Positions 54,054-63,333 of a stretch of 64,000 nt of DNA are shown one piece after another (position 1 is the stretch's first letter; every line of letters starts with the position of its first letter). The stretch lies in NCBI GenBank assembly GCA_963726455.1, contig CAVSCK010000004.1, forward strand, positions 704,001 through 768,000, read 5' to 3'. The translations under genes were made by a program, and so were the position numbers. The stretch is from an uncultured bacterium (GTDB lineage Bacteria; Zixibacteria; MSB-5A5; CAIYYT01). The notes under the pieces are model-generated. The model saw only the letters and a program-made list of their open reading frames with translations. It ran no database searches and was not told the origin of the DNA.

Positions 54054-54866
54054 CTATTGCATGCGAATCAGTCGTCTTGGTACATCGACGCGAAATTGCC
54101 CGAATGAATATGGCGCAATCTGATAGTACCCGAAATATATGGTTACCACATCTTGATTGAAGGTAAAATTGCGATAATTCTTCGCAATCGGGCCGGCTCC
54201 TTCTGCCAGCCATTTCTCATCCGGCACATAGGACGAATCCGCCAGCGTCAACTCCGTGCGCAGTTCGGGCATACAATAGTCCGACAGTCGATTCAAGTAG
54301 CCGTTATCCTGCGGAAAGAGATCGGACAAAGTTACGCCTTCATATTTGATCAGATCATAATTGAATGGCTGTAACGACTTCACGCCGTGAGCGCCGCCTA
54401 CGTACTCATCCACCTGGAAAATGAGACTAACGAAATGTGAGTCGATCTCGCCCTTTTCGTAGTTTATGTAGAGGGAGTATCGCGACAGATCTAAAACGAT
54501 ATCAGATGCAGGCACTCCACCTGATGACTGACCGGATTGATTTTCGTATTGTCGGCGCGCCAACTCGGCTTCCCGCGCCTGAAAGCGAAATTCGTGCACT
54601 TCGTTGGCGATGTAGCTGCGCAATGTGTCGTTGATGTAGTCAGGAACATTGTCGACGCGCGGGGACTCGATGTGTATTTTGCCGTGCCTCCCTTCGTCAA
54701 TAGTGACCTGATTCGAGACGGTCACCGGCGGGCGTGAAGAACCGGAGTTCGGTTTTTTAGTGCCGCCGGAGAGGAAATCTGGGAGCGCGATAAGGAGAAA
54801 TACCAGCACAATTGCTGACCGCGAGGCGATTCGGTGGTTGAATGTGTAGGCCAGCGCGCGAGGGAT
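54054..54866 (-). CDS. DUF3298/DUF4163 (RsiV/PdaC-like) exported protein; start ATC 54866 or GTG 54809
   Basis: YVGGAHG...FNYDL...LSDLF...NFTF...YFGYYQIAPY...VDVP. Confidence 0.8.
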   Translation of the reverse strand: MPRALAYTFNHRIASRSAIVLVFLLIALPDFLSGGTKKPNSGSSRPPVTVSNQVTIDEGRHGKIHIESPRVDNVPDYINDTLRSYIANEVHEFRFQAREAELARRQYENQSGQSSGGVPASDIVLDLSRYSLYINYEKGEIDSHFVSLIFQVDEYVGGAHGVKSLQPFNYDLIKYEGVTLSDLFPQDNGYLNRLSDYCMPELRTELTLADSSYVPDEKWLAEGAGPIAKNYRNFTFNQDVVTIYFGYYQIAPYSFGQFRVDVPRRLIRMQ

Positions 54867-54953
54867 GAGTCCCTCCTGTTTATCTTGTTACCTTAGAGTC
54901 TTAGTACTTCGATTAGACGGCAAACTGACGACCCGGGTCGCGCAGGTGCATTT

Positions 54954-55550
54954 CTACACCAGATTGATTCCGGCGGCAGGCGATTTGGCTAAGCGAATCT
55001 TCTCACGCTTTACCATTTTGATACCGCCCTCGGGGCAGGCCGAAACACAGAGCCCGCAGCCGTAACAATAGTCTCGATCCAGCGTGAGTTCCCCATCGGC
55101 CACAGTGCGCGCGAGGAAGTAGCAGACATCGACGCACTCACCGCAATCGTTGCACACTTCCAGGTTCGTGGATTCCACCAGTTCACCACGGTCACATATA
55201 TCCGTGGGGTCAAGAAAATAGCCACAGCAATCATCGCAACAGAAACAGATGCCGCCGACTTCCGCCATGTTCTTCTCATCTCGAAAGGGCCGGCTCACGA
55301 GATTCTTGGTTTCGGCCTCTCGGAGAATATCCTCGACTTGCTCACGCGTGATTTCTCGCCTGTCCGAACCGCCGCTGTCGCCATCTTCATGGCTAAATAT
55401 CAGGCAGACATCAATTCGTGACCGTCGACAGCCGTTCCGTCCTTCGCGGCAACCACAATTGGAAACCCAAAATCGCTCGCGACTGTCAATTAGCTGGCGT
55501 GCTTCGTCGAGGGTACAGACATAATGGAAGGCGATATCTTGATTACTCAC
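54954..55550 (-). CDS. Cys-rich 4Fe-4S dicluster protein
   Basis: CGCR...C...C, ICFCCDDCC, CNDCGECVDVC, CYGCGLCVSACP. Confidence 0.85.
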   Translation of the reverse strand: MSNQDIAFHYVCTLDEARQLIDSRERFWVSNCGCREGRNGCRRSRIDVCLIFSHEDGDSGGSDRREITREQVEDILREAETKNLVSRPFRDEKNMAEVGGICFCCDDCCGYFLDPTDICDRGELVESTNLEVCNDCGECVDVCYFLARTVADGELTLDRDYCYGCGLCVSACPEGGIKMVKREKIRLAKSPAAGINLV

Positions 55551-55617
55551 GTTGTCATCCGTCTCCGAACCAATATACCATTTCGGGGCCGAAAGGCAAC
55601 TGGTATCAATAAGCTAA

Positions 55618-55884
55618 ATGGCCAAAGATGCATTCAATATTGAACGCAAAAACGATGAATCGTGTTTGAGGCCATTTATCCGGGAGGCAAACCATAGCGT
55701 GGTAACAGCAGGTGATGTATTTCAGACCGTAGTATATCAAATTGACACTGACGATCGCTTGTGCCTAACCAATGACGAATGGGACAGATTTGCATTGGCC
55801 AACGGCGCGCCGGACGAGACTGGTAATCAGGTTCTGGGCTCGCTGATTAGGTCTCGCACAGTCCGCCGCCCCAAGACCGCATGA
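55618..55884 (+). CDS. Small hypothetical protein (weak DUF1778-like C-terminus)
   Basis: ATG ORF filling the gap; LTNDEWDRF...P...N..L pattern. Confidence 0.35.
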   Translation: MAKDAFNIERKNDESCLRPFIREANHSVVTAGDVFQTVVYQIDTDDRLCLTNDEWDRFALANGAPDETGNQVLGSLIRSRTVRRPKTA

Positions 55885-55906
55885 AGACGATCCCGAGATA
55901 CCCGTG

Positions 55907-56260
55907 TCACAACCTGGTGATCTTGCGTAGCGCCACTGCGTTATTGTGTACCTCGTCGGCAGCCGAAAACAGGAACGTCACATGCTCGTGCTCTTTCAGT
56001 TCGCTTTTCAGCCGGGTGATGACGTCCTTCTTTAGACCTAGTTCCGAGCGATAGCGGCGGAGAAACTCGGTCCATTTTGCGGGATCATGCTTAAACCATT
56101 TACAGAGTTCGCCGCTGGGGGCAATTTCTTTCAACCAGAGATCTATATGCGCCCTGGTTTTCGATAAGCCACGCGGCCAGTAATGGTCTACCAGAATCCG
56201 AAATCCATCATCCGGCAAGACAGGATCGTAAGTCCTCTTAAGTGTGATGTTGGAACTGAT
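55907..56260 (-). CDS. DUF488/YeaO family protein (apparent ATC start)
   Basis: ITLKRTYD...DDGFRILVDHYWPRGLSK...WLKEIAPS.EL..WF.HDP.KW.EF..RY..EL...HNNAVAL. Confidence 0.9.
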   Translation of the reverse strand: MSSNITLKRTYDPVLPDDGFRILVDHYWPRGLSKTRAHIDLWLKEIAPSGELCKWFKHDPAKWTEFLRRYRSELGLKKDVITRLKSELKEHEHVTFLFSAADEVHNNAVALRKITRL

Positions 56261-56329
56261 TGGCGACCTCCGAATATCCTCTTCGAGAATTCTTACGAGC
56301 GAGGGGACGAAAGCGCTAAGAGTTTATGC

Positions 56330-57163
56330 TTATCCTTTTTCGGGAGAGATAATACCGAAAACGCACTTTTCGAATTCGAGGCGTTCGCCATAATACATGC
56401 GCAGCGAAGGACAGCGATGATGGAACCCGGCATCGAGGAGAGCGCGAACAAACTCCTGCTGACATTCAGGTACGCCGATCGACAACGTCGTATCTCCATA
56501 ACGTCCGAGTAAGGTCCCCAGCAACTGAAATGCATCATGTGGCGTGCGAGCTACAAACGGGCCGATCGTTGCCCGGTTCTGAGATCGAGCCCGCACGAAC
56601 GCGTAAGCCGCGATCTTGCTTTCGCCGATGGCAATGAGCGATTCCGGCATGTCCACATGGAATCTTGCCAGAATCGCACTGCGATCCAGCATTACCGTCT
56701 CCCGGTCGAATTGCAGCAATTCGTCGAGACTCGCGCTCCGAACGACTTCTGATTTCTCTGTTGCCCTGGCCGGTGGCCTGACCATCCGGAGCGAAAGATA
56801 TTTGTCAACAAAGCCAAGTCGCCGGTAAAGACGCACGGCGCCAAACACCCCATCAAGCTCGATAGTCGACGCGCCCCGTCGGCGGAGAAATTCCAGAGCG
56901 TGCGTAAACAGTTCCTCTCCGACACCTCGGCCACGTCGGTTCTTCATCACGATCAGGGTTCCCATGAACGCATAATTGCCGTGGCAGGTAGTTGAGACAA
57001 TTCCGATTCGCCGGAATCGGTTACGCGCAATAAAACAGCCCTCCGGCTGAAGCCGCATCAAACGTTCGAAATCGGCCGGCAAGTAGCCCCAATTCTCCGC
57101 ATCGGTCATAGCAACGGCGAAGCGGAGATCGTCGGGAGTCATGGTGCTGATTCGAATTGCCAT
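56330..57163 (-). CDS. Tandem GNAT-fold acetyltransferase (YitH-like)
   Basis: ENWG, RRGRGVGEELF, LYRRLGF, IGPFVA, ISPEKG. Confidence 0.85.
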   Translation of the reverse strand: MAIRISTMTPDDLRFAVAMTDAENWGYLPADFERLMRLQPEGCFIARNRFRRIGIVSTTCHGNYAFMGTLIVMKNRRGRGVGEELFTHALEFLRRRGASTIELDGVFGAVRLYRRLGFVDKYLSLRMVRPPARATEKSEVVRSASLDELLQFDRETVMLDRSAILARFHVDMPESLIAIGESKIAAYAFVRARSQNRATIGPFVARTPHDAFQLLGTLLGRYGDTTLSIGVPECQQEFVRALLDAGFHHRCPSLRMYYGERLEFEKCVFGIISPEKG

Positions 57164-57286
57164 TTTTGATCCTTGTAAGCGAAAAGTACCTGCTGGTACC
57201 AGCGCTTCTAGTGTTGAATCGGACAGGTCTTAAAGTAACTCTGTTCGATAAAGTCGGCAACATATATTCGATGTCTTACGAATTGC

Positions 57287-57314
57287 TGTAACTCCGCCGG
57301 TGTCGGCGCGTATA
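57287..57314 (+). promoter_or_regulatory. ECF sigma-type promoter
   Basis: TGTAAC-16 nt-CGTATA, just upstream of the GAGGAGG SD of the 57335 gene. Confidence 0.5.
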
Positions 57315-57334
57315 TTGCTGGTTGAGGAGGCACA

Positions 57335-57805
57335 ATGAATCCAGCATTACATCTGGCTATAGCTGCCAAAATGAAGAAGCAGCGAGAAGAGGAAGAGAGC
57401 ATGGCTCAGTATAGCGCTGAGGATTTGAACGGTTGGGAGTTCAAAATCGTGCGGTCGAATTTCGGACGCTTTCGCAATGAGGAAGTCGTGCGGCGCCTGA
57501 TTTCAGAGGAAGCCCAAAACGGCTGGGAGATGGTGGAAAAATTCGACGACTACCGAATACGATTCAAGCGCCGCACCGACAAGCGCGCCCTGCATTCGGG
57601 TGGCGGCACTGACCCGTATCGGACAACCTACGGCACTAGTAACGCTGTAATGCCGCTTATGGCAATCGCAGTGGCTCTGGTGTTGGCAGGAGCCATGCTC
57701 CTGTTCAGCGCCAAGGACCACGGTGACGGCACGATTATGCCCTGGATAATCCTTGGCGCGATCGTCGTGTTGGGCGCCGTTGCCGTTGTGATTAAGCGAA
57801 GGTGA
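57335..57805 (+). CDS. DUF4177-like domain protein with two C-terminal TM helices
   Basis: GWEFKIV...EEAQNGWEMVE...FKR, then two hydrophobic segments; strong SD. Confidence 0.7.
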   Translation: MNPALHLAIAAKMKKQREEEESMAQYSAEDLNGWEFKIVRSNFGRFRNEEVVRRLISEEAQNGWEMVEKFDDYRIRFKRRTDKRALHSGGGTDPYRTTYGTSNAVMPLMAIAVALVLAGAMLLFSAKDHGDGTIMPWIILGAIVVLGAVAVVIKRR

Positions 57806-57816
57806 AAGTTTGACAG

Positions 57817-58185
57817 ATGCATAAACCAATTCGCTTCGTTCGAGTCACAGAAGATTATGAATCAGCATACCCCGATCCGATCTTGCTGAAAGCCGGTGAC
57901 GAGGTAACAATTTCCGATCGCGAGAGCGAGTGGGCTGGATGGTTGTGGTGCGCGACCATCGACGGGCGATGCGGCTGGGTGCCGGAAGGATACCTTAGAC
58001 GCCAGGGAGACAAAGGATTCGCCCTATGCGATTACGACGCAACCGAACTCACAGCAGTCAGGGGCGAGTTATTGGAAGTGATCCTGGAAGAAAGCGAATG
58101 GTACTGGTGTCGCGATGCCGAGGGACACGAGGGCTGGCTGCCCGTATCCCATGTCGAAGAGACTGAAGAAGAAGAAGAAGAATGA
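57817..58185 (+). CDS. Tandem SH3-domain protein
   Basis: Two units: DYESAYPDPILLKAGD...GWLWC...GWVPEGYL and DYDATELTAVRGE...WYWC...GWLPVSHV. Confidence 0.85.
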   Translation: MHKPIRFVRVTEDYESAYPDPILLKAGDEVTISDRESEWAGWLWCATIDGRCGWVPEGYLRRQGDKGFALCDYDATELTAVRGELLEVILEESEWYWCRDAEGHEGWLPVSHVEETEEEEEE

Positions 58186-58204
58186 GATGAATAGACAATC
58201 AGTA

Positions 58205-58636
58205 CTAGTTGCGTCTGCGCCAGACCAAATGGTCCAGCGAGTACCTTCCCCCGCCGACCAACAATATCGCCACATAGACAACCAAATAGATAACCGCGAT
58301 TTCCTGCATCTGGAAACCCTTCCCGGCCAGTGCAACAAAGGCGGCGACATACATATTGATGATCAGCGCGAACGCGGCAAGGCGGGTTAAAAACCCTACG
58401 GCTATCCCAAGCGAACAAAAGAATTCCGCGAAGACAGACAGTCCCAAACTGATCGTTGGGTTGAGACCGAGGAAGCTCAGGAACTTGCCGGAGATTTCCG
58501 AGAAGTCCGTGATCTTCATCCAGCCGTGCGATAAGGCCATGATCAATCCCACCCCCAGGCGCAGCACGAGAATTCCGATGTCTACGTAGCGGGAGTTATT
58601 GTCGGTGCTCAGGATTGGTTGTAACCAGCTTTTCAT
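58205..58636 (-). CDS. DoxX family membrane protein
   Basis: LVLRLGVG...HGWMK...AEFF...GFLTRLAA...GGGRYSLD. Confidence 0.92.
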   Translation of the reverse strand: MKSWLQPILSTDNNSRYVDIGILVLRLGVGLIMALSHGWMKITDFSEISGKFLSFLGLNPTISLGLSVFAEFFCSLGIAVGFLTRLAAFALIINMYVAAFVALAGKGFQMQEIAVIYLVVYVAILLVGGGRYSLDHLVWRRRN

Positions 58637-58952
58637 CTTGCCTCGCTTTGCATTTCAATATTACTGTTACAACTCATTTACGTGCACAAGTCAGGCGCCG
58701 TTGGCCTGCCCGGCTATCGGGCATCAGACCAGCAGGTTTACGCCGGCGTGAAGTTACCAATTGCTGACGAAGAATTTCTTAGGCTCTTCGAGCGGCACTT
58801 GGTTGACGCGCCAAGTAGTGCTGGAATAGGCGACTAGAAGTGCCGCAGATGCGCCGACGCCCAGGAACGGCGTAATGAGGACCTCGCCCTTCATTGGGAA
58901 CAACAATCCCCACAGTCGCACGCGGCAGTGCGCGCGCAATACTTTCTATCGC

Positions 58953-61900
58953 CTAGCACCCTGCGCATGGAGCCGGTCCGCCTGAAAAGATGAACTGAAT
59001 CAGGTATACCACGTCGGATATGTCGACCGCCTGATCGCAGTTGGCATCACCGGCAATCACTGGATTTGGCGCCGGTCCACCGGAGAATATGTACTGAATG
59101 AGGTAGACCGCATCCGAGATGTCAATTGCGCCATCGCCCGAGGCTTCGCCGCATAAGAAGGAAACAATGTACGCCGCGAACGTTCGTGAGTATTCTCCTG
59201 CCACGCCTCCCTGATAAGATCGAATCCTCCAGTAATAGACGGAATCGGCCCCAAGATCTGTCGGCAATTGGTAACTCGGACCTGTCAGTCCGGACACGTC
59301 ACAGATCGGCGACCGGAAGTCATAGTATCGATCGAGTTGAAACTGGAAACTGTCCGCCGGCATAATCTTCGTTGCCAAGCCGCTCCAATTGAACGTGGGC
59401 TGAGAGCCGGCTACCGGTTGGCCGTTAGGAGGCCAGATCGACGATGCCGGTTCCATGTCATAGTAAAACACTATTGTGTCGCCTGCCGGAGGATTCGGGT
59501 AATTCAGGAACATAGTATTCTGACTGGTACCGTCGATTCGGATACCCGCGGTGAAGCGACTGTCGCCGGGTATATTCGCGCGCGACGTAATCACCACCTG
59601 ATATTCGCCATATTGCAGGTTGTAGTCCACCGCGGCCTCGTCCAGGGAACTGTCCCCATCAGCGTCAAGTCGCCAGTAATCCGAGCCCGCGACCGTTCTA
59701 ATATTTCGCGATATTTGGCGAAACTCAGGGTTCTGCACACTAACCGCTACGCTCCGATATCCCGTCGTTATCATCTCCGGATTCAACACGGGCGCATCCG
59801 GCATCATGCTGAACGCAAGCCACATGCTTTCCACTACCATTAAGGAACCGGTTACGAAATCTGAATTGCCGTCACGATCAAAGTCATTGGTCGACAAGCT
59901 AAATGGGTTTCCGATGCCGGGTAATGGCACGTACTGCGTGGACTCGTAGCCACCCTGATCATCTAGAAAGATAAGTTGCAGCCGGTGGCCTACGGAGTGT
60001 CCCGTCTGCGGTCGCCAGATCAAGATGCCTATCTCGGTTGAAATCAGAGGCGACCACGGTGTAGGCTATACCGGGAACCATGATCGTGTCCACGCGCAGC
60101 ATCCCGCCATTCCCGTCGCCAAAACCGACGAGTACGAAACTCGAGTCTGTTCCGGTCCCCGGGGCGTATGGATAAATCATTGCAAAGTCGGCTCGACCGT
60201 CGCTGTTAAAATCGGCAAGAGCATTTGCCGTCGTGACGCTGTATGCATTAAGACCTATGGGAAGGCTCCAAGTTTGCTCAAATGTTCCATCATTCTTTCC
60301 GAGGTACAGATTTATTGAACTCCAGGCAGCGACGAGATCGTCTATTCCATCGTTGTTGAAATCAGCAATCGCGACGGTTTGGAAGTCATAGGGAGTCGGA
60401 CAACAATAGGAAAAACCTCCCTGCCCATCGCCAAGATAGACTTCCCTCGGCGCTACTACCATGTCGAGGTAGGCATCGTCATTGAAATATCCCAGGGCAA
60501 CGCTATTTATGGACAATCCCTGATGTGGAATGGACACTCGTATCGAACGTTCGATCACCGCGATTCAGCATAACCCTGATTGTACTGTTACTCTCTGTCA
60601 CGATATCAAGAAGAGTATCTCCGTCGACGAAACCAAAGGCAATGGCACAGTCTACGCCACCAGACTGATAGTCTATCGGCGGATCAAAAGTACCGTCGCC
60701 GTGTCCCCAACAGATTCCTAGTTTGTCGTAGCTTACGCTCGAGTATACTATGTCAACGTTATTGTCGTAATCAAGGTCTGCCGTCATGAGACTCAGGATA
60801 TTTGTCTGGAAGTCAGACATCTGTACATCATAGTCCAGACTGTCACGAACACTGATGTAATTTGATTTCGTAAGCGAATCAGATCCGCTTGTGTTCGTGA
60901 TTATGAGGCTCACCGAGTACTTGCCCGTATCGGCATACTGGTGCACTGGATTTGGTGCCGTGCTGGAAGTATTGTCTCCGAACAGCCATTTCCATTGCGT
61001 AATCGGGGCTAATGACTGAGACGAGTCCGAAAACGCAATGGCCTGCGATGGAAGTGTCACGCGAGGTCGGCCTGTGAACATTGGCGTAAGGTTATCGCAG
61101 GCATTACCCATTCCATCGCCGTCGCCGTCCGACTGATTGGGATTGGCAGCAGTCGGGCAATTGTCACATACATTGCCCACGCCGTCGCCGTCACTATCCT
61201 GCTGGGTTGGATTGGCCAGATTGGGGCAATTGTCGCATGCGTCGCCTTTGCCGTCGCTATCCGAGTCCAATTGATCCGGATTAGATGCAGTTGGGCAGTT
61301 GTCGCAAACGTTGCCTATGTCATCATTGTCGGAGTCAGCCTGGTCGGGGTTGGCTATTGTGGGACAGTTGTCCGACGAATCGGGCACCCCGTCCTCATCC
61401 GAGTCCGCTATTCCAGGTTTGATCACCCAAGAGCCGCTCGGACTTCCCCAACTGACCGCAGGAGAAATGCTGTGAAAAAGCGAATCCGTCCACTTCCATG
61501 ACCCTGCTGGTAGAACGTATCCCGTGTCAACCGAAATCGTGCCAGGGGTCTCACCGGTTGGAGAAAATGCTTTGAAGTGAAATGACACCATGTGTTGCAG
61601 CGGCCCCGAGCTCATCCCCGCAGTCACGGAACTTCCGCCGATGAGAATGGTGTCCGGCGAGGAACCGTTGAAACTGTGCTCAAGAACATGAAAACCTCCT
61701 AGATTCCATATCGCATCGGGCGGATACATGCGACTCCCAGGAACGACGGTGACCACGGCGGAAGGGCCGTAGCCCCCCGCTTGTGCCATCCATTGCCAGG
61801 TGGCGCCATTACCCGATTTGAAGAGAAAACCCATCGATGCGCCCAATATTCTCACGTCGTTTTCAATCCAAATCCGGACTATGTAATCGTGATCAGAGAG

Positions 61901-62038
61901 CAATGTGTCGACGGGGGTGCTGGTTCCTTCTTTAGCTATGTCTATATAGACTCCGTTCCCTGCAAATCCAGGTGTCGCGGTTGCGAGAATCCCGACAAGG
62001 AATGACACAAACCATGATATCGTAATCCGATTTATCAT
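58953..62038 (-). CDS. Large secreted protein: cohesin-like, TSP type-3 repeats, PKD, FG-GAP/VCBS repeats, Ig-like, C-terminal dockerin (indels near 60550 and 60010)
   Basis: Signal peptide; DNCP..ANP.Q.D.D.DG.G..CD repeats; W.WLFGD...PVHQY...G.YSVSL; DFN.DG..D repeats; twin DISD.VYLIQ.IFSGGPAP. Confidence 0.88.
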
Positions 62039-62113
62039 GCGCGATCGACAATGGGATCGAAGCGACACGACTGACCTCCTTTGGGAAATCTGCATACAGG
62101 TGCCCGATGCTAG

Positions 62114-62140
62114 TTAACGTAGTAAATAATTACTACTTAA
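62114..62140. promoter_or_regulatory. AT-rich inverted repeat, candidate operator
   Basis: TTAAC-GTAGTAA-ATAA-TTACTAC-TTAA about 80 nt upstream of the dockerin gene start. Confidence 0.45.
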
Positions 62141-62468
62141 TGTAGCGATTTAGGCGGCAATGTCAATCGATATTGCGGTTGCGATAGGAAGCGATACTGT
62201 CAAGTCGATTGTGTAAATCGGCATTCGGGTACCTCCCATAACATTGTTCTACTAAACAAGGACATACCCGTTTGCTTTCTCAAGTCCAAATTTACACAGA
62301 AGAATTTACGGTATGTGCCTACAAGTTTAATCGGTTCTGACAGTGCCATCTCCCCAAATGAATTACAGCGCATTGCAAGACAACATAAGTCCCGTTCGTT
62401 CAGTCGTGAGATTATCCGAGGACGGTTTAGGTTCATTCGAACGAAAAGCAGAGTGCGTATATGAAAGT

Positions 62469-63185
62469 ATGCGCAGAGTTGTTATCCTGTATCTATTCGG
62501 TTCCCTATTGACTGCGACAGCGTACGGACATCGGGACGATTACATCAATGAGACATTCGTGTTTCGCACGCTCGACCGGCACGAGTTGGAGTTGGAATAT
62601 TGGTTTGACTACCATCATTTGAATCAAAGTAACCGGGGATACTATCAGCACACTGCGTCGGTTGAATTCGGATTTACTGATTATTGGATGGCCGACGTCG
62701 CTCTCAACTTCTCTGACCAGCTCAGGCGGAGTGATTATGGTCTGACACGGCTGCGCTTCGAAACCCGACGCAGGTTCGGCGAAGAGGGCGAGCACGTCAT
62801 CGACTTTGCTTCTTCGATGGAATTGGAGGCCGAGAAGGATGTTGACCGCTGGAACTACCAGTTGACCCCGAGAGCGGTGCTCTCCAAGGATTTCGCCACC
62901 AAGTTGAATACGACATTGAATCTCTTTGTTGGCATCGGAACGGGTGACAAGACTACTCTCAACCCCGGATACAACTTCGGCATAAGGTATCCTTCCGAAG
63001 GAATTCTGCGCGTCGGCGGGGAGCTGATTCAGCAATGGGACGAGCACCAGCGCACGAGTGGCCTCATAATCCCGCAGCTGTGGATTCTTCCCCGACCGGA
63101 GGATGTGATCAAGATCGGCTACGCCAAAGCATTCGGATCGGAAGAGAACTACTTCTTGCGCGTGGCGATCGAAATAGGATTGTGA
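62469..63185 (+). CDS. Exported probable outer-membrane beta-barrel protein
   Basis: Signal peptide ending AYG/H; ELELEYW, VEFGFTDYW, alternating strands, terminal strand FLRVAIEIGL. Confidence 0.7.
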   Translation: MRRVVILYLFGSLLTATAYGHRDDYINETFVFRTLDRHELELEYWFDYHHLNQSNRGYYQHTASVEFGFTDYWMADVALNFSDQLRRSDYGLTRLRFETRRRFGEEGEHVIDFASSMELEAEKDVDRWNYQLTPRAVLSKDFATKLNTTLNLFVGIGTGDKTTLNPGYNFGIRYPSEGILRVGGELIQQWDEHQRTSGLIIPQLWILPRPEDVIKIGYAKAFGSEENYFLRVAIEIGL

Positions 63186-63263
63186 CTTTTCGTTTCCCCG
63201 CCATGACTCTGATCGCGTGGCTGCGCTGATCGAACCGTCTGCCTGCTTCCCCATTTCAAACAA

Positions 63264-63291
63264 AAACCCCTGCCGTTTCCAGCAGGGGTTT
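63264..63291. terminator. Bidirectional intrinsic terminator
   Basis: AAACCCCTGC-8 nt-GCAGGGGTTT between convergent genes, with A/T tails. Confidence 0.75.
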
Positions 63292-63333
63292 GTATTTCGC
63301 GAACGAATGCGGAAATCCGCTGGGATTGTCCGA

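Noticed and set aside
58754-58939. 61-aa ORF after the dockerin gene
   Set aside because: No SD and no family recognised; it may be a gene remnant but cannot be supported.
61090-61410. About 69-nt periodic repeats as a CRISPR array
   Set aside because: They are degenerate in-frame coding repeats (thrombospondin type-3, DNCP...CD), with no identical repeats and no cas genes.
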